Below the pieces are notes generated by a model that did no database searches, was not told the DNA's origin, and saw only the letters and a program-made list of their open reading frames with translations. From Balanoglossus misakiensis (lineage: Eukaryota > Animalia > Hemichordata), in NCBI GenBank assembly GCA_040954595.2, contig CM082586.2:8773337-8837336 (forward strand): DNA of 64,000 bases, in the 5' to 3' direction. The translations under genes were made by a program, and so were the position numbers. Shown piece by piece: positions 26,152-41,857 of the stretch. Within the stretch, counting starts at the first letter, position 1; each line of letters opens with the position of its first letter.

Positions 26152-29100
26152 TTCTGGTCAGGACAACTAGACTGATGAAATAATGCACATCTTTTAAATA
26201 CTTGTAGTTATACAAACACAAATGACTGTTTCTGTTTAGCAAAGCACTGGTAATATGATTTAGCTTATACATTTTTTCTATTTATGCAGCTGGGCAAATT
26301 GAAAAAATTCAAATTATACAAATTGGCCTAATGTCAACTGACCAGGCAATTTATGTATCATTTACTGGTGGAAAGCCCATTTGTAATTTAGGAATGCTTA
26401 GTGTGTGTAGAATATATTTGTACGCTGGCACTAAGTCCAGGTATTACATGGCATTGTACCATGACAACCCAATGTACACTGAAATGAAGGAAATCAATAA
26501 CAGACATAATAGGTAGAAAATTCCAACAGAGCTTGACTTGCTGGTTGTTGAAATAGCTCATGCTTCACAACGTGAAAACTCTGCCATATTGTTACATAAA
26601 GTCACAACATTTATTTACCTTTAATTATTAAACTGACCATACAAATTAAATGTACTGGAGGCATAGAAATGTTCAAAGATTGAGCGACATGTAAAATGGG
26701 GTGGGTGGGAGTGCCTTCAATTTTGTCTGAGTGTAGTTTTATAGAAAAGTCATAAACTGATGTAAAAGAATTAGGGCAGCGTTTGTACACCAATCACTGA
26801 GTTGGGTACAGCCTGGTTTTAAAAAGGTCAGATGTTTACCATTACAGTCTTCAATGTTAGATTTATGACAGCTAATCTCTCCAGACTCCCTAGGGGGTCA
26901 GAAGTGACATTACAGCTAACACTAAACCATTAGGCTCAAGTTCTTGTACATGGTATTAAAAGGTGTGTTTGATTTGACAGTTCAATGTTACACACACTGT
27001 GTATTAGATTAGTAACTGAATCCAACAGGTTGTTGAAATTATCAGATAAACACCGACTCGGTCTTTCAGACTCTTCAATGAGTACCAAAGCAACACTAGA
27101 TGTGTGGACTGTTGTCACTATTGACATAACCAACAGAGCATCCCGGCTATGTCAACTAGTTACACCTAACAAAATACATGTTGACATCTACACCCACCAA
27201 CTCCATGAAACTGGAAAGCTCAAATATTAAGCGAACCAGGCAACAGGACAGAATCAAGCAAGTGGTTTGAACCAGTAAATGCATGATTCAGGAGATATGA
27301 AGAAACATACAGTAATATTTCAAAGCCTTACATGTTCTTCTTCTAACTGAAGTTTCTTAACATACATAGTCACTTTATGGGTTGGTTGATGCTGCAGTGG
27401 GCCAATAACTGGATTCCGAGCATACAGTTCCTTCCCATGTTGATTGAATCGATGCATGGGTCGCTTATACACACGCAACTTTCGCCCCATAACACTAAAT
27501 GTTCACTAATGTCAATTACCGGGCCAAGCGGCCTTTTATATGACACCGATGCTGGCAAACAAAAGGGCGCATCAACGACAATAGGCATTGATGTATCCCA
27601 TAGTTCTACACTGTGTATGCTCAAGTGCCTGTTTGCTATTGTTAGGCAAATTCGCTATTGTCCACGATCAGCAATTTTGGATCTATCGATCGGGTATGGC
27701 AACAAACACATGACAGACAGACAGAGACTAAATTGAGTCAGCTCTTGTACTTTGTAGCACTTCATCTGTACAACCATGAGCGCAGTCAAACACTAACCCC
27801 CGCTACAGAACTGTGATTGAGATAAGGATTCATATCTTGGTATGATCACAATTGAACAATGACCCCTGTGTCAGTACCGTATGCATTGGCATGTGCAGGG
27901 CCAGAGGCTGTCTTGATTATACATTGTTTGGAATGTCTACAGGTAGAACATTCATGACGTACATAACTTGCTAGCTTCATGGTATAGTGCATTGGTTGCT
28001 GCTAAGATTGAGACAATTTCGATCTTTTAATTATAATAGCACAAAACTGAGTTCAGAGAAGTTAAGGTATCTCCTTAGAATATGATCAGCAAAAAACAGC
28101 CACAAAATATATACTACATCATATTCTGGCCTGGCTGTTTGAAAAGTGTCTCCATGGAAACGGTAAAGCTACATGTACCTGTAGGTATAACTGCCTGCAA
28201 GCAATTAACAGATTTGCATTTGATTGGACAGCACAATTAGATTCACGGCATAACACAGCCTGCTCTCCAAGGTTCATTAACAGATTAAAGGCATGTACCT
28301 TTAAATAACATGCGTTTGCTAATCACAGGCTAAACGCCATTAATTAAATTTACAGTCCTACTGGGTTGACTATAGTTAGCAACTGTTTGAGGAAGTCTGT
28401 GCCTTGAACATGGGTCTGATACTTTTTCTCATATTTTGCTTGAACTAATTAATTTTAGATTAAAATTAATAAATGTCCTTTTAATCTTATCAAATAATTC
28501 TGGGGAGAACTCATTACTTGCATTTGCATCAGTTAGTCATCTCTTGGCGACGCATACCACGATAGCTGTGAATTGTTTGTATGGAGGCTGATTAAATGGG
28601 TGTTTTTTACAATATCTGAACATAGACTAGCTGTTTGACTATCAATCATTTGAAATTGACTGATCAATTTATTGAATTTCAAACACAAACCGTAAAGTAA
28701 GTCAACAGATTGGACTTGTAATAGAGAAGGAATCTAAGTTGCCAAATGGTTTGATTCGATTAACAATCTGCATTAAACATATAGGAAGAAGTAACTTGTC
28801 CCTAGGGTATTGGCATTGTTCACAACAGCCAGGGTGGTCAGCGTGGAGACTCCAATAGTTCTTTAATTGGTTGTACACTACAGAGTTTAGTGTGGCCAAA
28901 GAACATTTGCATAACAATAATATCAATATCATAATATCAATGACAAAATAATCAATATTCTGATCTCTCTGGCAGCAATTTAATCTCATGGTTGGTCCCT
29001 ATTTTCTGAAACAGTATATAACACCACTGGTTGCCATGGTGAACAATGATTAGGTGTAAGATGCAAATCTATTGGAAATACCTCATTTTCAACGCATGTG

Positions 29101-30787
29101 TATCTATGGTTACATGGTTTGGAGTAACTTTCAGTTTCACAATAGGAAGCCTTTTAGACTTGCATTTGTAACATTTAACAGCTACTTGTGATCTGCAGAT
29201 TGTGCAATGTTACCGGATATGAAGACAGGAAGGTCCATTCACTGTCTGGAATTTGAGTTTAATGAGATGAAAATGCCCTCAACTGTTTTTCAGTCAAAAG
29301 CATTTCAACACAAACCTATTTCATGAATAGTAGGAGCTGTGATAAACTGTTCAGTATTGGACACAAATGGGTACATGTACCGCTCTCACATATACATGTC
29401 ATTGTCAATGACATAGTTCTGACTGAATCACTCCATTTATGAAAACTGCAAAATGGAGGTGCATTCAAACATGTATATTTTGGTACACTGTGCAGATATG
29501 CGTGCATTGTGAATGACATACTGGCTGTCAAGAGCAATAAATTAAGGACACATTGATTGAACTGACAGAAATTGGAATGGAATGGAATTAGTTGAGGTAT
29601 GCCTGCAAAATGAAATTTTTAAAAAGAATATATACTTATTAGGCTAGCCTTAATTTGAAAGGCTAGGATGACATACTGGATCATGTCATAAATAACTGAC
29701 ATGAATTAATGTACATTTTATTATAAAGACCTTGTACCACTTGTAGCTATTTTTTTCTGACTTTTGATAATCCCAAATAGGGCGCCCTAACCATGGCATT
29801 TAGTGAAACCAACTAATCTCGCTCAAACTATCGAATGTGTGTACAAGCAGCTCACACTATTACAAGCCTTGTGAACAAATTAACAGATTTCTGCCAGGAA
29901 TATACATCACAATTAAACCAATACCAGGTTTACACAGGGTAAAATTTGAGACACTATTTGCCTATGGTAAACACAGAAGTTTGAATCGCATTGTGTCCAC
30001 ATACACAACGTTTATGTGTGGTCGCTGAGGCTCGATCACAATGGGTTGTGGAGAGGTATTAAACCTTACATCGGCTCAGGTCTGGCTGGCAAAGCCGTCT
30101 CAAATCTAAACTCTTTCAGAACTGTTTTTAAGACGGTATCTGGTCTGAGACACTTCAGAACCATCTTTATGGTGTGTGTGTGTGACCCCCATATAACCAA
30201 ACACAGATTTTTAATGAATAGATCAAGCTACTTAAAAACTGTATTCCTGATTCTGGTTTTGAAAACATTATACAATATGATTTGAAATGGATCAGGGTGA
30301 AGTCACATACAGTCACCTCCAATTTACATACGCCCATATATGGCTGAAATGGCGTATTTGAGAGTTCTAAAGAACACATGGTGGCGCTCTTTTTTTCGCG
30401 TGTGCCACCCACTGAAAATCTGTGATTGGCTAGATCTCAAGTTTGCCATGGTAACTATACCTAATTTTCCATAGGTGACCATATACCTTTAAGAGTCAAA
30501 AGTTTTAACCTATGGATGCTTCACGTCAATAACATTATAGCAACTGATTAATTTACAAATTATGCTTTTGACATGATCCAGGCTTTATACAGCTAAGTTG
30601 AAAGATGTGTAAATCCGAGAAAGAAATCAAATGGCTTATCTTAAAGTCAGGATAAATAGCATACATTAGCCTTTCAATTACCCTAAGGCCTAAGCTTTTG
30701 GTCACAAGTCAAAAAATTACTAGGTAAGCCTAGTACGACTAGTGTCTTGGCAACATATCTTCGTAAGTAAATCAACATCAGTCATAC

Positions 30788-30877
30788 CTTGTTACAACTT
30801 CTCCTTAAACTTAGCAGACACACAGACTTCTTTTGGTTGCCACCACAGTGTTGACCCTCATCCTGAACTGTTTTCAT
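30788..30877 (-). CDS. candidate alternative first coding exon MKTVQDEGQHCGGNQKKSVCLLSLRRSCNK
   Basis: ATG, 30 codons, phase-0 donor AAG|gtatga. Confidence 0.4.
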
Positions 30878-33800
30878 ATTTGTACGAGTTTTTATTCAAC
30901 ACTAACACATGATTATTTTGAGGCATTGTGTGTGTTACTGTTCGGTCAGAGCAACAAGTAATTTCTAACTCACGTGGACTTGAAAATTCAAAGCTGCAAT
31001 ACATGACCCTCAATGGCAACAGTGATCAAGCCAGCTTAGTAACCACACATTTCATGACATGATCACAATGTGGTAAACATGCTCAAATAAACGAAGCACC
31101 TTTACTTTATTCCTGTAACCTTTTATTGATTTTGAGTATATCAAATCCGCAACAAAGCTGCCAATTCTACAGTCTCTAATTCTGTTTGTGTCGTCTGACT
31201 AAATCTGAAGCCTGAAGGAACCTGTTCTTTGCAGTCACCTGCTTTAAGCCACTCAGTATGGGTAGGACAGAATAAAAGCTTTGCTATCAATTGTTCAAAC
31301 TCCCCTCGGTCAGGTTAATCCAGTGGTAATTTACATCAGAGTGTAGCCTAATGTGTTGTTACCCAGTTCTATTGTCAGTGTTCTGTGCCATGCATGTTAT
31401 TGTTAAAGATAGATACCTGTGAATTATGAATGGACTCAGCTACTCTAATTACTATTGATCAACATCACCTATCTGTACAGTGTTAAGACACTCTCTCTCT
31501 CTTGCTCTCTCATGCAAAATTCAAACTTTTCTTCACAAGCATACACAGCTTTCAAAATTCATGATGTTTGGTAAGACAACTTGAAAAGTAACCAACCAAA
31601 AAAGTGACGTTAACTTTACAGACTACTAAATATTGCATGGCTAGCTTGCTCCATTGCTCTACAAACAGTCTGGATTGATTTCTAGCATTTTAACTCCACA
31701 TGATTTTGAGATCTCTCTGTAAATCACACCTTCAGATCAGAATTCTCAACATATAATTATAAACAAACAGCTACCGCTATAAACGTTCAAATGCCAAACT
31801 CTGCCCAACCTACTCTCTAGAATGATGAGGTCTGATCTATGAAAATGGAACAGCCAGGTAAAGGGTTAATTCAATTTTATTTGTTTCATTTCCTTTCAGA
31901 CTTAAAGTATGAGGTATGTTCAATGGGCATTACAAAGACCTGCAGGTTTTCAAAAGAAGAGTTTTTACTTGGAGAGCAGTGCACAAGTAGAGATACACAA
32001 TGAACCAAACATTATTAGAAACTCTAATTAGACATACCGGTATGTCTCTGCCTCTCAGTGCTAAGTATCAATTTCAAACAAATGCATTTACATTTAAACT
32101 TAATTGCAATTTTTTGACATCTACAGGAAGATCGGCATAATGCCTGCACAAAGGCTCTTTATTCTTTTACAAGTTGTCTTCCAACATGAATTCAACAATT
32201 GGATTTAAGAGCCCCATCATAAAAAAACTCACAAGTAAATGTATTGTTTTATACAATTACATATATGACGCCTATACATGTCCTTAATGATGTCTTATGA
32301 TCACCTTATAACGTTGCAAAGAAATAAATCATTTTTTTTTAATATTTTTTTGTGGACTTGTAATTGTATGCACGTACAGGCAAATCACCAATCACTTGAG
32401 ACTATGCTACAAGCATAGATTGAAACTGAATTTCTGGTAACTTTTACAACATGTATACATTATCAATCAATTCACTCTTCACTTGCAATGGCACAGAAAC
32501 AAACAAACAAACCACACAAACCCATTATCATTTTGTCACCAGATCAAGAAGCAGGAACTTGATTACAAATATCATCAGCTATTTTCCTGTAGACACTGAC
32601 AGCACAGACTAGCTATGCAACACAACAACCTGTCTAATTGTACAATTTAGCTGATTTCACACTTGCATGGCAAAACATTTTATCTGCTGATTCACACAAA
32701 TAAGACAAAAAAAAAATACTTCAGAGCCACATGTTGAATTCAATACAGCAAAGTGTCAATTGATAGGATATTTTTCATTTCGATAAAATTTACATGTATG
32801 CCGGAACTGACAATGTGTTTTTTTATAGGTTATAGTCAAGGATGCTAGTGAAATTATTTTACATTAAGCAGATATATCAAATCCTCTTTTTCTAGATGTA
32901 TATTTGCATGGTGTGTGATCTGATATGGTAAAATCTTGACAAGTCTCAGCATAAAGTCACATAAACCATCAGGAAATTGTAGACATTACGTGATCTTTAG
33001 AGTACAGCTGTTTTTTCCACTCCATTTCAAATTGTGTACTATTAAATAGCAGTGGCTGGCCATGGCAGTCTGGTGGTCAGTGTAGATGTGTGTATCAGAC
33101 CACTGTTCACCGGCAAACACTGGCATTTCTCTAACTAGTCATTCTTCTGTATACAGTGAGACAATCAACACCACAGCAATGGTGATTTGTGACAGTCATG
33201 TGGTAACCACTTTGAAATATGAGATGTTGACAACAATGGTGTCAACTTGGTTTTTAAAAATGTCAAACATAATTAACACATTTGATGTGCTAATCAGGTA
33301 ATTGCTAAAATGATTAATTACAGTTACATCAATCAAACTAATCAGTTAAAAATTCAATTGACAATTAATGTAATTGTCATAGCATTCTCAGTTATACTGA
33401 AATAACTTTTGAATAGCTAACCTTTGTCTACATGCTTACTTAAATATTTATTGTTTTTTTTTCCCCATAGATACATATACATGTACATGTATGTGTATGT
33501 GTATGTGTAACTGACCATAGTACAAGACACAGCAATTCATTGGGTTTAAAACAAACAGAAGTCACTGTCCTATCCCTCATATTATGTTTAAACAACCTAC
33601 CAATTGAGAATTCTTTAAAATATTGCAGATTCAGGCTAGAACTGAATTGAAGAACTATCTTGCAAAATTTATTAACTAACTTTAAATTATGCAAAGCAGG
33701 AAAGCTTTTTACACTGTGACATTATTGGGAAGAGCAAAATCTGCAAAATTCGACAAATAGGTAACATGGAAAAGAACATGATCCCAATACATACATTTAG

Positions 33801-34115
33801 CATTGTTTTTATATTAGTTACAATTGTCTTATTAGAAGTTTGTTTAAAAATGTGGAGGCAGCTCCATAGTCAAGCAATGTGCACACACAACTCATACAGA
33901 CAAACATAGAGCTCTGAAATCAGCTGTGGGACTTCAGGAAATTGTCCAAGAAAAGAAACCCACAATGATATCTACTGCTGAAATCAATTTACATAATATG
34001 TGAAAATACAAAATCACAGATTGATCCTTAAAAGACATGACCAGATTCGTACTTCAATGCCCCTTCAGCCACTCCAATATATGCATTAAGAAGAAAAGCA
34101 TAAAAGCAAACAAAC

Positions 34116-34238
34116 CTGATTGTCAGATAACCAAATATCAAATTTGAGCGTATGTTTTTGGTCAAACGGTAAGCACTGTACGGTGACTGGAGTCAATTCC
34201 AAACGTTTGCGTTCTCTTCCATGTCGCGGTCTGTCCAT
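34116..34238 (-). CDS. candidate alternative first coding exon MDRPRHGRERKRLELTPVTVQCLPFDQKHTLKFDIWLSDNQ
   Basis: ACAATGG start context, 41 codons, phase-0 donor CAG|gtttgt, locally CpG-enriched. Confidence 0.45.
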
Positions 34239-36957
34239 TGTTAGACTTCAATGCACTGGCAACACCATGCACTATTCCATGTCACACTCACTGCCCGTCG
34301 AAACTTTCAAATCTGATGCAGACATCCATCTAGTACTCCAAGACAGCATCGCTCTGACGCAGAACGAGAAGTTGACAGCTTTCTATTTCCAGGGATTTTT
34401 GGGGGGGCTTTCACATATATACAATCCTATTCCTTAGGGGGAGTACAAGCCGACAATCCATACACTCCTACACTAGGTTGGCACTGTAGGCTTTCAAGAC
34501 ATCCATTCAATATCCCTCTAGTCCATATAATTTGCATGTTATTAGCAACTATTATCTCTGTACACAAAGTTACCAAGGAGAGCTTTCTTGCCTATTGTTT
34601 TGCATTGTTTTGTACTTTAGCATTAAAATTTTAACAAAAGAACACCAGCGAACAGTTTTTCGCAACTCTTTGTTCCTTTTTTTTACAACTTCTGGGCAAC
34701 AAGAAAGTCATAACTTTGATTAGCATACATTTTGTTGTGTCCATCAGCTTTAGAGAGTGAACATAAACGACTCTGTTACACAATCTCACCTACAATTGCC
34801 TTTATCAAGTTTATGTCATTTACATGAAGAAATCAACTCTAAATAAATTATTAAGGTTTTTCTTTTTTTATTCTTTGTTCATATTTTTATTTTATTTTTT
34901 TAGAATTAAAAGTTTCACATACATTATAAGTCTACCATGTTTCATTTTACTGCATACAACAACTAATGGCATCTTGTGCTTTATTAATTCAACAGAGTTG
35001 CATATAGCAACCAAAGCCTTTTAATACTTAATGCGTAGTGCCTGCAATATTTATTTCATTTGTTGATTTCTTTTTTGTATTAGTCATTTCTGAAATCTTA
35101 CATCTCTCTTCTTCCCTCCCTCCCCTCTCCCTCTCTACCCACCTGCCCCCCCCCCCCCTCCTAAGTTATATACCTCACTTAATAGTAATAGTATGCACCC
35201 TATGTATACCCCAGAACTTATATACAGGTAAATTTGGACATGTTAGCGGAAACTTAGACATTTAGCACTACATAAAGTTTGCAATAAAAACAGAGAATAC
35301 ACAATAAACAAGGGAAAATTATGCCATAGCCACAAAAGCACTTCACTGAATGCAACCACATAAATGGCCCTGAAAGATTAATTTACAATGCAATCAAAAT
35401 ACATACATTATAATCTAACACATTGTAAAAAATTATTAATATCCGGAATTAATAAATAAGCCTTAAATCACATATTTGTCAACTTCATAAGCACTAGCAA
35501 TAATCTCTTTAATTAATTTTTTGATATGAAAACCTGATATTAAGATAAAAACCTGTTGAAATAACAATATTGTTGGGGTTCACGTCAGAATTCACAATAT
35601 CCAAAATGTACCTGCAAATCACACACTCCCATCTGCCACTTTTACTTACTAGTAACTTACCAAGCCATATTAAGGAGTGGTATGAGATTCTAGACAGTAA
35701 CAAAACTTGACTACTAGACCCTAAGAGTGATTAATATACTTTGTTGGTATGGGCATGGCATAGTCACCCTTTTATTGCATATGCCATATGGACTGCAGAT
35801 ATAATTTTTCATAAATAAAATCCACAAATGCATGTAAGGATTAACCAGTTATGTCAAAACCAAAATGAATTTTTTACATGAGAAACAGAGTGGGCTTTAG
35901 TATCTGCAGCCACAAAACCGGTCGATGATATTTGTTAGAATTTGCAACATGCAAATGGGCTGACAGTACATCTGTGTATGTCAAACAGGGCTACCACAAC
36001 ATACTTAAATGTGAGCAGATGATTACTAAGCTGATATTACTAGTGATACATTTAAATAATTGATGAGAAAACTGCCTGCAGTGGGTAAACCAATCAGACA
36101 AACACCGCCAAAGAAAGAAGTACACACAAACTGGAGATTGTCATACCTCGTATTTCAAAATCAATGGATACAAATGTAGCTTAGAGTGAAAATGAGTGTA
36201 ATCTTGATAAGTGCGTCAGAAACGTGACATATTGGCTGAAGAACCTAGATTTACATCAACATAAACTTATGAAACAGCAATACTGTTGACAAATAAATGT
36301 CACTCGAGAATGAAAATAATTTTCTTTCAAAAATATCACATCAAAAAAATAATACACTGCGTGGTTCAATAACATGCTTTTCAGAAATAGGGTAGGTACC
36401 CGGTAGATAGGAAAATATTTTTTTCGTCATTTTTTAAATTTATAAGAACATGCCTTCGGTTTATAAATGACGTCATGACATTCCAAGTCTCACTTCATTG
36501 AGTATTTTTTCTTCATTTTTTATCACGGAAATGACATTTCTTTTTAAACTTTCTTTTAAACATATCGAAGTAGCTTTAAAAAGTTTAGGGTCAGTAGGTT
36601 TAAAATATACCTGTGGTCACAAAATCAGAATTTTAGAAGCTGTAATACAACTGCATACATTTTATTAATATATTTGATTCAACATTTTCCTTTCACAAAT
36701 ATGCATACATGTACAATGTTGTTTTTTATTCAAGACGCATGAGCTGCAACTTTTGGGATAATTATATTTTTTTTTTTCAAACTGTAATTAGCCCATAAAG
36801 ATGTCTGTCTGCAATGAAGTATGGTGAATCATACTTTATTACAAATCAACTAACACCTTGTATATATGGATGGATGTAACGTATGAACACATTTAACTAC
36901 GATGCAACATAGACTTTAGATACAATTAATTTTTCCCAATGCACTTTTTTTTGTTAA

Positions 36958-37310
36958 AGGGACAAAGTCTTTCTCTCTGGCTACCCCTTTTCCATCAATT
37001 ATGTTTGATACAAGACACTGTTTATGTTATTCTACATGTGGATATAGTGAATCAACGTTCGACCACACACAACTTCCATCCCATTTATACTATATGAGAG
37101 TAAAAATCTCGCCAAAATGAATAAACGGTAAAAACCAATTTATATTCATTTTGGCCAATTTTTCCACTCTCATGTCTACAACTGGGATGGAAGTTGTATG
37201 TGGTCAAACATTGATTCACCATATATCCACATGTAGAATAGCATAAACAGTGTCTTGTATCAAACATAATCAACGAAAAGGGGGCAGCGAGAGAGAAAGA
37301 CTTTGTCCCT
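36958..37310. mobile_element. Kolobok-like palindromic MITE, complete copy 3
   Basis: ttaa|agggacaaagtc ... gactttgtccct|ttaa with ~130 bp inverted arms; TTAA TSD with purine-purine termini. Confidence 0.9.
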
Positions 37311-40300
37311 TTAATGTTAGGCAATCATGTAGATGACCACAAAGTCAATGATGTCTCATTAACATGTAAGTAACATGTAAATGCCTTGGCCTCAGGGATG
37401 CTGCTTCCAGCTTTAATAATATCAATCTCTTGCACGGGTCAGTTGACAAATTTAATAATGTTATTGATTAAGAAATGTACACTTTACAGATTAGTAGGGT
37501 GTTAATTATAACCAAACTCTATTAGTACACTGATCACAATAAATTATAGGGCATAGCTAAATTTATTAAAATATTAATTCTATTTTCGTTTAATACTGTA
37601 AGCCTGTTAACAGTGATTAGTGTCATAATCTGACAATTAAACCTCATTAAAGTCATCTAAATTCACTGAGTCTATAGCCATAGCAGCCAGAATTGTACAC
37701 CATGATGTTTAACATGTAGATGCAGTGGTTTGTTGTGTGTACTGATGTAAGATTGTTTTCCATGCTACATCACCAAATATTCTCCAGCAGAAGGCTAGTC
37801 CTCATTGTGTTCTTAGATCTAGACCAGGCAAACTGGTTAAACATTTTAGACCTCTTGAGCCACACTATTTAATAGTATGAATGGTACTTGAATGAAAGAA
37901 CGCTGATAGTTCATTTATTAGAAATACTCCTGAATATTAGCCCTCTTTTATAACCATAATTTACATTTGTTAAATAATGTATTTGAGGCCCAAGTGTACT
38001 TTCATAGACATGATGTTAGCACTATTAGCTGCAGCAGACTTCCGACTTTAGGGAGCAATGTTTGCTTGAGATTTGCATGAGCTTCAAGCGCCCTCATACA
38101 ACAGAATTAACTTGAACTGAACATACTGACCAAAACTGACAATGAAAAGATCAAAGTCAGACATTGAACCATAATTAATCATAAAGGCACGAATAATTTG
38201 ATTTTTCCAACTGTGTATTTTTTTTTTTACTCTGTGTGTTAAACCTGCTCTTGCTGAACCCAACTATTAATACGCGTTTGTCACAAATTGTGCAAAGGAA
38301 AACTTGCTTGAAAAATTCTGTCTCCGAACAGAACTGTTTACAACATGAATATGTGATAATAATGAATGGATTATTCATGAACGTAATGGGTCATTTTCCT
38401 AATGCACCTTCCATTTCCATCTCATCTGTAATGAACACATACAATGCAAAAATGATGTTGGAAATGTGATATTTCCTGTGTATGCTGAACTCTGATAAAA
38501 GACTCTAATAGTAATACAGCAGGTTTACCTGAACCCATTTTTGACTTATTTAATCATTTTTCACAGTTACATCATTCAATACTCAATAGATGAACATATG
38601 ATGCATGCCACTCTAATTAGCTGTTATGTTTGACTTCTAATATTGAACACATTTCAACTAAACAACACGTCAATTGCAGTGTTACATTAGACCTATTGAT
38701 CTTATTGTTAATATGCCAGCTGTGTGATAAGGCGGTTCTCTAACATGGTAAGCTGCCAGTTTTACCAATAGAGCAATCCTCCTTTACAGCCACTTATAGA
38801 CTAGCCCACTAGTTGCTTGGTGATTTTTTGTCTTTATAAAGATTTTTAATACTTTTCAAGCTAGCTTTGAGAGTTTTTTGGTACTGAGTGGAATTTCAAA
38901 GTCGGAGCTGGGCTTCTGGTTTGGGTTACCGTCCACCAATTATAAAGTAATGCATAATCATAAGATGACATCAACATGAATAATTCATAGCAACCAGAAG
39001 CCCGCAAGGTATATACAAGTCTATTGCCCAACACGATCCTCCACACACGCTACATAGAGAGACTCAGAACAAAATTTTCTGAAATGTATGATCTTTGGAG
39101 ACAGTCTACCACTTACCATACAAATGTCAGAAAATAATAAATTGAAATTTTCTTGAATTTTTACTGTAAAGTTCTGGTTGCGAAATATAAATCAGCAGAA
39201 ATATCTTGAATAATTTATGCTTACCACATGAATATCAAATATTCAGGCACCTAAACCACTGATTTTTTATACCACGATGTGGCATTATATGAAAGTTGAT
39301 AACAAAGAATTCCATCTTTCTTGTACAATCCCTGGTTCTTGCATTAGTTTTTGTTGACATTGAATGTTTATGTGATGCAAAGCCTTTATTTTCTATTTGA
39401 ATATTTACCAAATCAACCATTTGCTTATTAGATAAAGCCTGATAGGGATAGCGGCCTTTAAATGCTATGTTTCTTCGCTAGTGGTTGGAAGGAGTGATTT
39501 ATCACAGGGCATTAAATGGGTGGGCAACCCATTTAAATGTTCCACTGCACACTTCATTTTTATGCAGTTCACTTTATTTTCTTACAGTCATTGTCATTTC
39601 CCTGGATAAACGTTCATACTTCAAAGGCAAGAGTTTGCAAACAAACCTCATCCATAACCTGGTTTATGATTCGCCAATGTGCGGCGCGGTCACATGGGGT
39701 GTGTCAATTTGGCGCTGTTACATGTCCATACAAAGAGGATGCAAATTACTCTTAACTACAAAACCTATCAGTACTAGATCTTGCCATGGAAATTATGTGT
39801 GTGATTGTAGCACATTTGGTCCAGCAATTATCAAGTTATCAGTGAATAAATTTTGTGCACTGTAGACACTTGATAGACAGATGGACACAGCAATGACACA
39901 GTCACCACCATGCCTTGCTTGCCCTTTGGCCAACCAATTTACATCCAAGGACAGCATAGCAACTCATCTTTTATACAACAATGACTGCACTGCACTGCTG
40001 TCTGTACATTACTGTATACCAGGTTACATGGATACTGTTTTAGTCTGTTAGTATACACAGATTATGCAATCACTAGTATGCCTTGGAATCTAACACAACA
40101 AGCACTAACTGTTCCATCGCTAATCTGATTACACATAATCTGAATCAAATCTCCGAGAATAAGGACGCATCCCATTCAGTCAAAAGAAAAAGCATTTAAG
40201 TATCCAGGGACAAATGCCTTGAGGGAGCAAAACAAGCTTGAAAAAAGACAGCAAAACAAGGTTGAGCAGACAATTAGCGATCAGAGTGATACAAAGAAAA

Positions 40301-41043
40301 GAAGCTAAGAACTCATGAGAGAAGTCATTAAAAAAACTAATCAGAATACCACACGAGGTATTAAACATTTTTCAATATCAAATAATTATATTTATAACGC
40401 CATGTATATACTAGAATTCAAGTTTTGCTGCTCTGTTTAATCAGATGGCATACTTTTTCTTTACATTTCAAAAAACTCTCATCTAAATCTCAACAAAGGC
40501 CAGTAATCGTATTTTCTGGGGATAAAAGTTCTCACAAAGAAGACAAAATTTTGTTTCAGTGATTTAGTTCAGAGTTACAGACGACACAATCATGTTAATC
40601 CAAAAATCTAACAACACAATCGGATATTGATTGATTCTGTGAATTTTTTCATCCACAAACTGTTTAGAGTTGCCGTCTCTCTCCAACATACCAATCAATC
40701 TATTACTGAGAGGCCAGACATTGAAACAGTGAAAATTTGTCATATACAAGTGTAAATCAACACAATACCAAAACGTGAGCACATACATTTTAAAGGGACA
40801 ATGTGGTTCTATGTCAAAGGGACAGGAAAATGTGTTCATTATAGACAGTTTTCCAGATTAGACAGAGTTCGGTTTAGGACACTCAGGTTTAACTGTACAT
40901 TATAACTTTCCAGCGAAACTGTGCAGTAGATGGAGCTATCTCTATGCCATACTGGTCAAGCAATGTGTGTACTGTATGTTGGGGACAACACATTTTCATT
41001 GTCTGCATTTCTTTATGGTCTGATTATCAGCAAACAACCTAAC

Positions 41044-41082
41044 CTGGAGACCATGGATGTCGAGTTGGTCGAGATCATACAT
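41044..41082 (-). CDS. candidate alternative first coding exon MYDLDQLDIHGLQ
   Basis: ATG, 13 codons, phase-0 donor CAG|gttagg. Confidence 0.35.
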
Positions 41083-41857
41083 GACTTGTTTGTTGCTGGT
41101 CTACAAATCTGAGTAAAGACAGAAGGGATTTGTTGAAAGCTGCAGAAGAGACTGGATGGCTTAATGACTAATCTGTCAACAATGGTAGCGTGGTTGCCAT
41201 TCAGTGGTTTGTGCTGAAGGCATTCAAACTTTTATCCTATGGTTTAATTCACAACAAAGAATTTGTCCATAGATCTTTCAACATTCCCGATTATTAACTT
41301 CATCCTATTAGAGGTAAATTTCATACAAACCATAATAATCTTTGAGTTTAAATACTTAAAGTGACTATATTGCAAATGAGATAAGTGTTATGTACTTGTA
41401 GATATATATATATGTTACCATTAAAAGTTCACTTCTTGTAAAGTTATGGTGAAATAACAACTGAAAAATTTTCCATGACAACTTACAAATAGTGAATTCT
41501 GTACAAAAAGACTCCATTTAACATTCTGGCAAGCCAATCACCAAACTATGTAGCATGACTTCTATGATTACACAGAAATTCAATAGTTTGTTTCATAACT
41601 TGTTGAAATATTCATAAATATTGATTTCCTGTAAGTGTAACTGAGTGACTGGTGTTGAAATCCTTGCTGTCCAAGGTTCCTTTATTTCAGACCATTAATA
41701 GTTTCTTGAGGTTAAGTTGTTTATTTTGGAGATGAGCAGTCAACTTGGTAAATCAAAATATTTCTCCTTTATACTAAGTACTGATGTAAATGTCAGATTT
41801 ATAGGTCTTCCACACACAAGCAATTTTCTCCATGGCATATTTTAATAGCTTATTTAA

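Noticed and set aside
29213-29237. ATG-started frame MDLPVFIS ending at a gtaaca donor as an alternative first exon
   Set aside because: The donor is phase 1, incompatible with the phase-0 common exon.
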